A stretch of DNA of 27,130 nt from Planctomycetota bacterium (GCA_038231435.1 JBBRLJ010000059.1:1-27130); one strand, 5' to 3'. Numbered from the stretch's first letter, positions 15,528 through 25,196 are shown. Notes: a model not told the origin generated them from the sequence alone. A program made the numbers and translations.

Positions 15528-16582
15528 GGCGCTTCCAGATCGCGCCAGCCCGCAGAGCGGATCTCCTCGACCCCGTCGACCTCGGCGCGCAGCACCAGCA
15601 TCTCGGCGCGCGCCTCGCCGCAGGCCATGAGCGCGGCGTCGGTGGGCAGGAAGACCGCGGCCTTGGTCAGCGCTTCGGTCGCGCTCGCCTTGCCTCCAGC
15701 GGAAATGGCCACGGTGGCGCCGAGGAGATCGTCCGACGCGGGATCGCCGGTGCGTGGGTCGATGAGATGCGAGACCGGCCGATCACCGATCATCCACGAA
15801 CGGCGGTAGTCACCCGACGTCGAGCACGAAAGCCCAGCTCGCGGCGCCTCGAGCGCTGTCCAGACGGCATCTCCGAGGAGCGGATGTTGCACACCGATGC
15901 GCCATGGCCGTCCGCTCGGCGAGCGTCCCCGACACGAAGTCTCGCCGCCGATCTGCACCAGGATGTCCTCGGCCCCAGCCGCGCGCAGCAGCTGATCGAC
16001 CTCGTCGACCAGGACGCCCTTGGCGACGCCGCCGAGATCGAATTCGCGGCGTAGTCCCGCACAGCTCATGGTGCCGTCGGCCATGCCGATACCGATGCCG
16101 ATTCCCGCCAGCCCGGTATGGGACAGGCAGAACGCGATCTCTCCCGGATCCGGCCAGCGCTGGTCGCGCACCGCGCGCCGCCACAGCGACACCAGCGCGC
16201 CGGCGCTCGCATCGCAGCTGCCGCGGCTCAGGCGATGCGCCTCGACGGCGGCGCGCAGGCACCGGCTCAGCGACGGGGTCAAGTGGAAGCCGTGCTGGAT
16301 CGGCGCGGCGTTCAGCCGCGACAGTTCGCTCGTCGGTGCGAAGAAGCTGAGGTGTCGCTCCGCGTCGAGAAGATGGCGCCAGCAGGCGTCGAGCACCACC
16401 GGATCCACCCCACGGACGGCGATGCGTGCGGGAATGCCGTGATAGAGGGGCTGGCGTTGGTCGCTCCACGCTCCCGGCGGGGACATGCGCGAGGACGCCA
16501 GTCCATCGGATCGGTGGTCGGGGAACGCACCGTTTGCAGCGTTGCGCACGACGCCCGCGAAAACGGCCGAGCCGATAACCAT
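15524..16582 (-). CDS. apbE: FAD:protein FMN transferase ApbE
   Basis: SELSRLN, DLGGVAKG, IGGE, WRIGVQHP, STSGDY, SHLIDPRTG. Start could be 16486. Confidence 0.92.
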   Translation of the reverse strand: MVIGSAVFAGVVRNAANGAFPDHRSDGLASSRMSPPGAWSDQRQPLYHGIPARIAVRGVDPVVLDACWRHLLDAERHLSFFAPTSELSRLNAAPIQHGFHLTPSLSRCLRAAVEAHRLSRGSCDASAGALVSLWRRAVRDQRWPDPGEIAFCLSHTGLAGIGIGIGMADGTMSCAGLRREFDLGGVAKGVLVDEVDQLLRAAGAEDILVQIGGETSCRGRSPSGRPWRIGVQHPLLGDAVWTALEAPRAGLSCSTSGDYRRSWMIGDRPVSHLIDPRTGDPASDDLLGATVAISAGGKASATEALTKAAVFLPTDAALMACGEARAEMLVLRAEVDGVEEIRSAGWRDLEAP

Positions 16583-16724
16583 GGATCCCCCGGGTGCTTG
16601 TCTGAATTACTGGGAATCTGTACACCGATCTCTGGCCTACCGCCGCGATGCGCTGCCACGATGCCCGCCCAGGACGGCTTCCTTGGCCTGCGCCCCTTTT
16701 CATGAGGTATCATTACCATGGAGA

Positions 16725-19700
16725 ATGAGCACGCTGCGCGACGCCTTGGCGCGGACCCTGCCGGCCCAGGCCTACTTGCGGCCTCGGGGCGAGGATCCTG
16801 CGTCCTCTCGTATACCGCCCGTTGATGAGTCGACACCCACGTCCGACCGTTCCGGGATCTCCGACCGGCTGCAGCAGCTCGGCTACCCATTCCCCCATCG
16901 CGCCCGCATCGACGTCGGCAGGCAATTGGGCGTCGGCGCGACTGCGCGGGTGTTCGCAGCCCACGACCAGGACCTGGAGCGTCCGATCGCGGTCAAGATG
17001 CTGGTCGCCGATGGCCGGCCGTCCGCCGAGGCGGTGAGCGGGTTCATCGAGGAAGCGCGCATCACGGCGTCGCTCCAGCATCCCAATGTGTTGCCCGTGC
17101 ACGAGGTCGAGGTCAACGCCAGCGGACAGATGTTCTTCACCATGAAGCGTGTCGATGGACGATCGCTCGGCTCGGTCCTCGCGATATCGACTGCGGAGTC
17201 ACGCCAGCCTCCGCTCGACGACATCAACACCATGGTCAACATCTTCATCGGTGTGGGCCAGGCGTTGGCCTACGCCCACCAGCGGCGCATCATCCATCAG
17301 GATGTCAAGCCTGACAACATCATGCTCGGTGAGTTCGGCGAGGTGCTGCTGGTCGATTGGGGTAGCGCCAAGCGTCTCGACCATCCCGGGGCCGAGGTCT
17401 ATGGGACTCCGCTCTACATGAGCCCCGAGCAGGCGCGAGGGGAAGGAGCCGACGAACGCAGCGACATCTATTGTCTCGGCTCCAGCCTCTTCCACGCGCT
17501 CACCCTGCGCTTGTCCACATGGTCAGAGGACGGCGACGAGTTCTGGGCGCGCAAGCGCGCTGGCGTGGTCGATGTTCCAACCGCCAAAGAACGCGCGGTG
17601 ATGCCGCCAGCGCTTCTGGCGATCGCGATGAAGTCGCTGGCGGCGAGCCCCGACGACCGCTATCAACGAGCCACCGATCTGGTCGAGGATCTTCGCCGCT
17701 ACCAGGCGGGTCTCGCGGTCACGGCTTTGCGCGAGTCCCTGCCACAGCGCGCGCGACGCTGGCATCGCCGCAATGCGCGGACGTTCTGGGCCTGGACCGC
17801 CGCCGCCCTGGTGGTGCTCGCGCTCGCAGGCGCGCTCTACGGCGAGCGGCTCACCGACCTGGCGCGCTGGGGGGCTCCGCGCGCTGAGCTGTTCGCGGCA
17901 GCGTCGTGGCCGATGCGATGGGACGTGGTCAGTGGCGGCTTCCACACCGAGTCAGGCAGGGTGGTGAGCGAAGGCGATTACAATGTCCTCACCCTGCGTG
18001 AACCGATCCAAGGCGCTGCCGCCATCGAATACGATGGCGAGATCCTCGCGGGACATGCGGCCGGCGACGTGTCGCTCATGTGGTCGCGTGGAATCGATGA
18101 CAAGGGCCAAGGTCTCGGCCACCTGGTGGATGGTTTCGTCATCCAGTTCGGCGCTTGGGACGGCGCCTTCAGCGGGATCGCTCTCGGCATCGAGCCACGC
18201 GAGACGGTGGCCCAATGCGACTTCCGTCCCACCGTCGCCAGGCCGTTCCACGCACGAGTCGAGATCGAGGACAACCGCATCCGCATGCTGATCGATGGTC
18301 GCGAGATCTGCGGGTGGACGGATCCCTTCCCCGTGGAAGGGGGGTATCTGTCATTGTTCGCGATCGGGCCTGGAAAGGCCTATGGCAATCTTCGCATCTA
18401 TCAGCGCGAGGTTCCAGCGCGGGTTTCAGCAGTGGCCATCGGCGATGAGGCGGCGCGCGGGAAAGCCTACGATATCGCGGCAGCGGCGTACCAGCGCATC
18501 GTCGCCTCGCATCCGGACGATGCGCTGGGGCGCGAGGCGTTGTACAAGCAGGGACTCTGCCGCTGGCGCCAGGGGCACCCTGACGAGGCGCTCGCCCTCT
18601 GGCAGCCGGTGGTATCGGGACCCTACGCGGAGCGAGTCAGGCTGCATCGCCTCGAGCGCGCCTTCGACGAGGGCCACCACGAGGAGATCTTCGCGCGGCT
18701 GCCAGAGCTCTACCGCTCAGCCGATGCGGCCGACAGGAGCCAGATCGCCCTGCAATGGGGACGTTGGATCGATCGCCTGCGCCGTGATGGCCGGATGGAG
18801 CTGGTCGCGCGCTTCCTCGACTTGCATGACGCGATCATGCCCGGCCAGTCCATCGCTGATCACAGCGCGGCGGAGTCGTTGTTCAGGCTTGGCAGAGGTG
18901 ATGAACTGATGCGCCGCTATCCATGGGAGCGCTACCTGTGCGCCTCGGTCTTGAATGAGCGCGGTGAATATGATCGCGTGATCCGCGAGTACCCCGATCA
19001 GCAATGGCCGCGCGTTCTCGCCGGATTCTCGGGCGCGCTGTGGGACGGCATGGGGCCCGAAGTCGCTGATGGCCTGGGCAATGAGGCCATGTGGATGCGT
19101 GGCCGTGGCGAGGAGATGCTCAAGAAGACCCAGGTGTCCATCTTGATCCGCGCCCATGCGCTGAATGCCCTCGGCCGCTATGAGGAATCGCTCGCGGTCC
19201 AGCGCGAGGATCCCAAGTGGCTTGAAAAGGAGCCGAGCGGAGCCGGCGCGACCATCTATTCGCTGATCTCCCTCGGACGTTCCGCCGAAGCGGCCGCCAT
19301 GTCCGAGGAAGGACGCCAGTCGGTTGCGATCGCCAGCGGACAGGTCGCCGCGCTGGCCGAGGATCCGTCGCCATACACCAGGAATTGGGCCCGGACGATC
19401 CTCGCGATCCAGGCGCGCGCGGCGGGCGATCGCGAGCATTGGCGATCGCTCCTGCCCGAGCGCCTGAAGCCCATCAAGAGCGACGTGTCCGTGGTGCTGG
19501 ATCAGTGGCTGTTCTGTCCTCTGATCACCGGCATCGACACGGGCGATTTCACGGACTTCGATGCATGCTGCGCCGAGCTTTCCCGTAACTGCCGATTTCA
19601 GCATCGACAGCGACCGTCGCTGATCGCGCGTTTCATCCGCGGGGAATGCGACGAGGACGGCCTCAGGCATGAACCGTGCGAGCTCTACGGCGAGGTCGAC

Positions 19701-19868
19701 CTCGCGATGGGGCGAGCGCTGCGAGCGGAGCGCAAGCAGGATCGCGACGCCGCCCTGGCAGCTTGGCGGGATTTCGCGGCCCATCCATCCGGACAAAGGA
19801 ATCCTCAATTCGATGGTGGGAGGGATGCGTTCGTGGCGTGGAGGATCGCGGAATTGGCCAAGAAATAG
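16725..19868 (+). CDS. Hanks-type Ser/Thr protein kinase with TM helix, lectin-like beta domain and TPR-like region
   Basis: LGVGATARV, AVK, HQDVKPDN, DWG, GTPLYMSPEQ, DIYCLG; TM segment WAWTAAALVVLALAGALY; TPR-like EALYKQGLCRWRQGHPDEALALW. Start chosen at MSTLRD. Confidence 0.92.
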   Translation: MSTLRDALARTLPAQAYLRPRGEDPASSRIPPVDESTPTSDRSGISDRLQQLGYPFPHRARIDVGRQLGVGATARVFAAHDQDLERPIAVKMLVADGRPSAEAVSGFIEEARITASLQHPNVLPVHEVEVNASGQMFFTMKRVDGRSLGSVLAISTAESRQPPLDDINTMVNIFIGVGQALAYAHQRRIIHQDVKPDNIMLGEFGEVLLVDWGSAKRLDHPGAEVYGTPLYMSPEQARGEGADERSDIYCLGSSLFHALTLRLSTWSEDGDEFWARKRAGVVDVPTAKERAVMPPALLAIAMKSLAASPDDRYQRATDLVEDLRRYQAGLAVTALRESLPQRARRWHRRNARTFWAWTAAALVVLALAGALYGERLTDLARWGAPRAELFAAASWPMRWDVVSGGFHTESGRVVSEGDYNVLTLREPIQGAAAIEYDGEILAGHAAGDVSLMWSRGIDDKGQGLGHLVDGFVIQFGAWDGAFSGIALGIEPRETVAQCDFRPTVARPFHARVEIEDNRIRMLIDGREICGWTDPFPVEGGYLSLFAIGPGKAYGNLRIYQREVPARVSAVAIGDEAARGKAYDIAAAAYQRIVASHPDDALGREALYKQGLCRWRQGHPDEALALWQPVVSGPYAERVRLHRLERAFDEGHHEEIFARLPELYRSADAADRSQIALQWGRWIDRLRRDGRMELVARFLDLHDAIMPGQSIADHSAAESLFRLGRGDELMRRYPWERYLCASVLNERGEYDRVIREYPDQQWPRVLAGFSGALWDGMGPEVADGLGNEAMWMRGRGEEMLKKTQVSILIRAHALNALGRYEESLAVQREDPKWLEKEPSGAGATIYSLISLGRSAEAAAMSEEGRQSVAIASGQVAALAEDPSPYTRNWARTILAIQARAAGDREHWRSLLPERLKPIKSDVSVVLDQWLFCPLITGIDTGDFTDFDACCAELSRNCRFQHRQRPSLIARFIRGECDEDGLRHEPCELYGEVDLAMGRALRAERKQDRDAALAAWRDFAAHPSGQRNPQFDGGRDAFVAWRIAELAKK

Positions 19869-19936
19869 CACAGCGGGCATGGGCCGTGCAGCTCAATCAC
19901 GTCTCGAACTCAGCTGACCGTTGGTTTCCACGGCTC

Positions 19937-21295
19937 GTGTCCTATCCTGGCCTTATCTTACCCGCAGATCCCATCCGCCTGTTGCGTACCCTCGCGCTCG
20001 CCCTCGTCGTGCTCGGCCGGGTCTGCGCCGCCGATGCTCCGCCTGAGATCGCCGATCCGTTCGGGCTCGGGCCGCGCCTGGCGCTGCTCGAGCATCTTCG
20101 CACCGAGTTCAAGCTCGCGCCTGCGGCCGATGCGACCTACGAACAACTGGTTGAGCTGTACTGGGTCGAGGAGCTCAAACGCCATCCGCGCCAGGACGCC
20201 GCTGATTCGCTCGGGGATCCCGCCGGAGTCGATGAGGACGCGCTGGCGCGCGATCGTGTGAGCCGCCTGCGCGAAGCCCTCAAGCACGAGTTCCATTCCC
20301 AGGCGGCGCCCGAGGCGACCGAGGAAGAACTCGCCACGACGCTGCGCACGCTGCGCGACCAGCGGCGGAACGAGGCGATCGCGGATGGCGCCGTGCAGAA
20401 CACGCACGGCGCCTCGACTCCACCGGTGAAGGCGTCTCCTGGAGAAGCGGGAACGGGGTCCAAGCGCCCAGAAACGACCGAGAAGCCGCTCGACGTCGCG
20501 GCATCGACCCCGGCGGACAGCGCGGCGGCGGATCTCATCGGCGGCTGGCGCGCGCGCGTGCTCGAGACCTGGCAGCGGATGAAGGCCATACCCGCCGACG
20601 TCCCCACCGCGTGGCCGCCGACGATGGCGGAGATCGCCAAGCTCATCGGCGCCTACCGGATCCGCCGTGGGACCGGGCCGGACGAGTACAGCGATCGTCC
20701 GCCCGCCTTCGAGCAGGGCATGCAGGTCTGGATCCAGCGGACCCGACTCGAAGGCGGATCCGGAGCCTATATCCCGACCCAGGTCACCCGCTGGATGCCA
20801 GCCCTCTGGATCCCAGAGGACACGGTCTGGACCTGGGAACATCCCGCCCGTTACCGCTGGGCGCGCGAATCGGAGCCGTACTCACTGCTGGTCCAGCTGC
20901 TGATCGCCGGCCCGGGCCTGAGCGCTGAGCGTCAGAAGATTTGGAAGGAACGGCGCAAGGCATTGACCGAGGCCGCTGGTGATCCCCTCGGAGACCAGGC
21001 ATTCGTCGACGTCTGCGCGACGGCCGCGAAGGAGGGCGGCTTCCCGGACGCCCTTCCCTATGTCGAGCGGATCTCACTGCGCATCGAAGCCACGTTCAAG
21101 CAGATCGATTTGGGCTCGTCGCACTACGAAACGGCCCAGGATCTGGTCCGCGGCAACGCCGAGGACGCGAAGGCCGCGAGCCTGGCCGCCGAGTGGCGCG
21201 CGCGACTCGAGCAGCTGTCGCAGCAGATGCTGGCGCTCGACCTCGATCGTCGCCAGAAGCTCGAAGCGCTGCTGGCATCGATGCCAGGGAAGTGA
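19937..21295 (+). CDS. Secreted hypothetical protein with N-terminal duplicated helical motif
   Basis: Signal-like LRTLALALVVLGRVCAAD; strong GC3 bias; start uncertain (GTG 19937 or TTG 19982). Confidence 0.75.
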   Translation: MSYPGLILPADPIRLLRTLALALVVLGRVCAADAPPEIADPFGLGPRLALLEHLRTEFKLAPAADATYEQLVELYWVEELKRHPRQDAADSLGDPAGVDEDALARDRVSRLREALKHEFHSQAAPEATEEELATTLRTLRDQRRNEAIADGAVQNTHGASTPPVKASPGEAGTGSKRPETTEKPLDVAASTPADSAAADLIGGWRARVLETWQRMKAIPADVPTAWPPTMAEIAKLIGAYRIRRGTGPDEYSDRPPAFEQGMQVWIQRTRLEGGSGAYIPTQVTRWMPALWIPEDTVWTWEHPARYRWARESEPYSLLVQLLIAGPGLSAERQKIWKERRKALTEAAGDPLGDQAFVDVCATAAKEGGFPDALPYVERISLRIEATFKQIDLGSSHYETAQDLVRGNAEDAKAASLAAEWRARLEQLSQQMLALDLDRRQKLEALLASMPGK

Positions 21296-21470
21296 GGAGA
21301 AGCGAGCGTAGGCGACGCCCCGCGTCCGAGCCACGAGTCGTACGCTGCTCGAATCCAGGTACCGCGAGCCGCCACCTGGGCACCCGCGCGCCGGCGCTTG
21401 CATCGCAGCAGCGATGACGCCCATCCCCGCGCGGCAGGGCAACATTGCAGGCAATCCCGCTCGGCCGAGG

Positions 21471-22613
21471 ATGTCCGCGCCCATGTCCATGCGCCAGCCA
21501 AAGCATCGCGCCATCCTCGAGACCCTGCAGCACGAGATCATCGCCGGAGACTTCGTCTCTGGGCGGCTGCCGAGCGAGGCGGCCTTGTGCGCGCGCTTCG
21601 CCGCCTCACGCCCCACCGTGGCGCGCGCTCTCGACGGTCTGCGCGAGCATGGGCTCATCGAGCGCCGGGCAGGCGCAGGCACCTTCCTGCGCCGGCTCGA
21701 GGCCCTCCACGGCGGGTTCTTCGGCCTGATCGGGGCCGGCCTCGGCCATACCGAGGTCCTCGGCCCGATCGGCGCCGAGATCGCCCGCGCCTCGCTCCCG
21801 CTGCGTTACCGCCTGATCCTCGGCGAGTCTGGAACCGGCGAGCGGCATGCCCAGAAGCTGTGCCGTGAATTCCAAGCCCGCGGCGTCGCCGGGGTGTTCC
21901 TGGCACCGTTGGAGCTGGCGGAGCGTCGCGAGGCGGTGAACCGCCGGATGGTCGGCGCCTTCCGCGCGGCCGGGATCCCGGTCGTGCTCATCGACCGGGA
22001 TCTGCTCGAATTCCCGGAACGCAGCGATCTCGACCTGGTGGCGGTCGACGACGTGCGCGCCGGATTCCGGCTCGCGTCCCATCTCCTGCGCCGTGGTTGC
22101 CGCAGTCTCGCCTTCGTCGCGCGGCCCCAGTGGCCATCGACGACCGACCTGCGCCTGATCGGCTGCCGCGAGGCGGCGATCAGGGCCGGGGTGCCGCTCC
22201 TCGCGCGAGCCGGTGACCCGGCAGATCCCGCGTTCATCGCCGCCCTGCGACGCGATTGCCGCTGCGACGGAGTGATCTGTTCCAACGACCAGACCGCCGC
22301 GCTGCTGGTGCGGGTCCTGGGTCGCGCGGTGCCCACCGATATCCTGGTGGGCGGCTTCGACGACGTGCGCTTGGCGGTGCCCTCCCCCATCCCGCTCACG
22401 ACCATGCGCATACCGTTCATGGAGATCGGCGCGATGGCGGTGCGGACCATGCTGATGCGCATCCGTGAGCCCGATCTGCCGCCACGGCAGATCCTGCTCG
22501 ATGCGCAGCTGGTCGTCCGCCGTTCGAGCGGCGTCCGAACCGCCGCGATGAGCAGCGGAAGCGCTCGCCTCGGGGCATCGCGGCCCCGGCGTCGGGCTCC
22601 CCACCTGTCATGA
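21471..22613 (+). CDS. GntR HTH + LacI-type sugar-binding domain regulator (AraR-like architecture)
   Basis: RLPSEAALCARFAASRPTVARAL..L...GLIERRAGAGTF; IPVVLIDR, ICSNDQTA, GFDD, LTTMR. Start 21471-21489. Confidence 0.92.
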   Translation: MSAPMSMRQPKHRAILETLQHEIIAGDFVSGRLPSEAALCARFAASRPTVARALDGLREHGLIERRAGAGTFLRRLEALHGGFFGLIGAGLGHTEVLGPIGAEIARASLPLRYRLILGESGTGERHAQKLCREFQARGVAGVFLAPLELAERREAVNRRMVGAFRAAGIPVVLIDRDLLEFPERSDLDLVAVDDVRAGFRLASHLLRRGCRSLAFVARPQWPSTTDLRLIGCREAAIRAGVPLLARAGDPADPAFIAALRRDCRCDGVICSNDQTAALLVRVLGRAVPTDILVGGFDDVRLAVPSPIPLTTMRIPFMEIGAMAVRTMLMRIREPDLPPRQILLDAQLVVRRSSGVRTAAMSSGSARLGASRPRRRAPHLS

Positions 22614-22615
22614 CA
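22606..22615. promoter_or_regulatory. Candidate GntR-family operator
   Basis: Perfect palindrome TGTCATGACA upstream of a TAGGAT -10-like hexamer (22654-22659) and a GGAGG RBS of the kinase gene. Confidence 0.5.
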
Positions 22616-22677
22616 ACTCGTCAGGCCGGGCGCTTCCTGGCGCCTCGCGACGATAGGATCGAGGCATGGAGGTCGCC

Positions 22678-24594
22678 ATGCCCGCTCGTTCCGCCGCCGC
22701 CTTGGCGATTCCAGGTCATGGTGAATCCCTGGATCAGTCGCTCCGCAGGATCGGCGCGTCCAGGGTCCTGGTGTTCGGCGACCTGTGCCTCGACGCGTAC
22801 TGGGAGATCGATGCGCGCGGCAAGGAGCGGTCGATCGAGACCGGTCTGCCCGTCCAGGCGGTCGCCAGCCAGCGTTACAGCCTCGGCGGAGCCGCCAACG
22901 TCGCGGCGAACGCGAAGGCGCTTGGCGCTGCCTGGGTGGGCGTGGTCGGCGCCATCGGCGATGATGGTTTCGGATGGGAGCTGAGGCGGCTCCTCGCGGC
23001 CCACGGCATCGACAGCGGCAACGTCGTCGATGGCGGCGCGGATTGGAACACCCAGGTCTACGCCAAACCGCTGCTCGAAAGCGTGGAGCTGCCCCGCCTC
23101 GATTTCGGCAGCCGCCTCACCCCGGAGGTGACGGCGCGACTGTTGGCGCAGCTGGAGGCAGCCGTCGGGGGAGCGGATGCGGTCGTGATCAATCAGCAGG
23201 TGAGATCCGGCCTCGAGGACGGCGCCATGGTGGGGAGACTGGATGAAGTGATCGCAGCCCATCCGCGCGTCGTGTTCGTGGTCGACGCGCGCGATAGCGG
23301 TGGCTCCTTCCGCAATGCCGTGCTCAAGCTCAACGCCGCCGAAGCCGCGCGGCAGGTCGACGGTATCGCCGTCGGCGGGACGATCCCGCTCGAGCAGACC
23401 CACCGGCACGCCACGGTGCTGGCCGGGCGGACCGCCCGTCCGGTGTTCGTGACCCGTGGTGAACGCGGCATGGTGGTCGCCCACGGCGAGGTGGTCATCG
23501 ACGTGCCGGGAATCCAGGTCTCCTCGGCCATCGATCCGGTGGGAGCCGGCGACACCGTCGCCGCGGCGATCGCCGCCGCGCTCGGCGGAGGATGCCTGCC
23601 AGAGGCGGCTGCGCGGATCGCCAACGTCGCCGCCTCGATCACCGTGCGCAAACTGCGCACCACCGGCACCGCGACTCCGGCCGAGATCCGCCAGGTGGGC
23701 GAGACACCCGACCACGTGTGGTTCCCCGATATCGCCGACGACGCCAGGTTCGCCACGTGCATCCCGGGATCATCCATCGAGATCGTGCGCGCGCTCGCGC
23801 CCGGCCGGCCGATCCGCCACGCCATCTTCGACCACGACGGTACGCTCTCCACCCTGCGCCAGGGATGGGAGGCGGTGATGGAGCCGATGATGGTGCGCGC
23901 CATCCTCGGCGAGCGCCTCGCGACCGCTGATGCGCGGCTCATCGCGCGCGCTGGCGACGAGGTGCGCACCTTCATCGATCGCACCACCGGCATCCAGACG
24001 CTGGTGCAGATGCAGGGCCTGGTGGAGCTGGTGCGCGAATTCGGCTGCGTGCCGCGCGAGCGCATTCTCGACCACATCGATTACAAGGCGCTCTACAACG
24101 ACGCGCTGATGGCGATGGTGCGCGACCGCGCCAGGCGGTTGGCGAATGGCGAGCTCGGATCCGAGGACTTCCAGATCAAGAACGCCCGCCGGCTGCTCGA
24201 GCGCCTGCGCGCGGCTGGAGTCGTGCTCCATCTCGCCAGCGGCACCGACCAGCGAGACCTCTCTGCCGAGGCTGAAGCCATGGGCTACGCGCACCTGTTC
24301 GACGGCATCCACGGCGCGGTCGGCGATGTCGCGATCGAGGCGAAGCGCGATGTCATGGACCGGATCCTGCGCCTGCATGGCGATGCGGGCTTCGTGGTCT
24401 TCGGCGACGGCCCGGTCGAGATCCGCGAGGGCCGGCGCCGCGGCGCGGTCTGCGTCGGAGTCGCCTCCGATGAGTTGCGCCGGTTCGGCGTCGACGCCGC
24501 GAAGCGGCGCCGCCTCATCCGCGCCGGCGCCGACGTGATCGTAGGCGACTACAGCCAGCTCGACATCCTGCTGCGACACATTGGCATCACCTGA
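22678..24594 (+). CDS. PfkB-family (HldA/RfaE domain I-like) sugar kinase fused to a HAD hydrolase
   Basis: GDLCLD, LGGAANVAAN, DPVGAGD, then IFDHDGTLST (HAD motif I), LASGT (II), AKR (III), GDGPVE (IV). GGAGG before ATG 22678. Confidence 0.88.
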   Translation: MPARSAAALAIPGHGESLDQSLRRIGASRVLVFGDLCLDAYWEIDARGKERSIETGLPVQAVASQRYSLGGAANVAANAKALGAAWVGVVGAIGDDGFGWELRRLLAAHGIDSGNVVDGGADWNTQVYAKPLLESVELPRLDFGSRLTPEVTARLLAQLEAAVGGADAVVINQQVRSGLEDGAMVGRLDEVIAAHPRVVFVVDARDSGGSFRNAVLKLNAAEAARQVDGIAVGGTIPLEQTHRHATVLAGRTARPVFVTRGERGMVVAHGEVVIDVPGIQVSSAIDPVGAGDTVAAAIAAALGGGCLPEAAARIANVAASITVRKLRTTGTATPAEIRQVGETPDHVWFPDIADDARFATCIPGSSIEIVRALAPGRPIRHAIFDHDGTLSTLRQGWEAVMEPMMVRAILGERLATADARLIARAGDEVRTFIDRTTGIQTLVQMQGLVELVREFGCVPRERILDHIDYKALYNDALMAMVRDRARRLANGELGSEDFQIKNARRLLERLRAAGVVLHLASGTDQRDLSAEAEAMGYAHLFDGIHGAVGDVAIEAKRDVMDRILRLHGDAGFVVFGDGPVEIREGRRRGAVCVGVASDELRRFGVDAAKRRRLIRAGADVIVGDYSQLDILLRHIGIT

Positions 24595-24623
24595 TCGATG
24601 CCCCAACCTCCGATGCGAGGCCC

Positions 24624-25196
24624 ATGAAAGAAATGACCATGTCCACCTTTGGCCCCAAGATCCTCACGCCCGAGCAGATGCGCGCCGAACGCGATCGGCT
24701 CCACGGGCTTGGACGTATGTTGGTCTTCACCAACGGCTGCTTCGACATCCTCCACCGTGGCCATGTCAGCTACCTCGGGTTCGCGCGCGAGCAGGGCGAC
24801 GCCCTGGTGGTGGGCCTCAACACCGACCGTTCGGTCAAGACCAACAAGGGCGACCTGCGGCCGGTGAACCCGCAGGAGGACCGCGCCTGGGTGCTCGGCA
24901 GCCTGCGCTGCGTCGACTACATCGTCTATTTCGACGACCGCGAACCGCGCGAGCTGATCGCGCGGATCCTGCCACACGTGCTGGTGAAGGGGAAGGACTG
25001 GGCGCACCACGTCAGCGGCCGCGACATCGTCGAGTCCAATGGTGGCCGCGTGGTGCTCGCCGACCTGGTAGCGGGCCGCAGCACCACCGGCACGATCGAA
25101 CGCATCGTCGCCGCGTATTCCGGGAAACCGGCAGGTGGTAACGCCTCGGCGCCGCTCGCGTCATCCGCCACGCCCAGCCTGAAGGCGGCCCCATGA
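24624..25196 (+). CDS. rfaE2: D-glycero-beta-D-manno-heptose 1-phosphate adenylyltransferase-like (HldC / RfaE domain II)
   Basis: FTNGCFDILHRGH, GLNTDRSV, KG..RPVN, LVKGKDW, STTGTIERI. Confidence 0.92.
   Translation: MKEMTMSTFGPKILTPEQMRAERDRLHGLGRMLVFTNGCFDILHRGHVSYLGFAREQGDALVVGLNTDRSVKTNKGDLRPVNPQEDRAWVLGSLRCVDYIVYFDDREPRELIARILPHVLVKGKDWAHHVSGRDIVESNGGRVVLADLVAGRSTTGTIERIVAAYSGKPAGGNASAPLASSATPSLKAAP

Noticed and set aside
16083..16105. GIGIGIG hexamer repeat in apbE
   Set aside because: In-frame and degenerate; at most a small slippage duplication.
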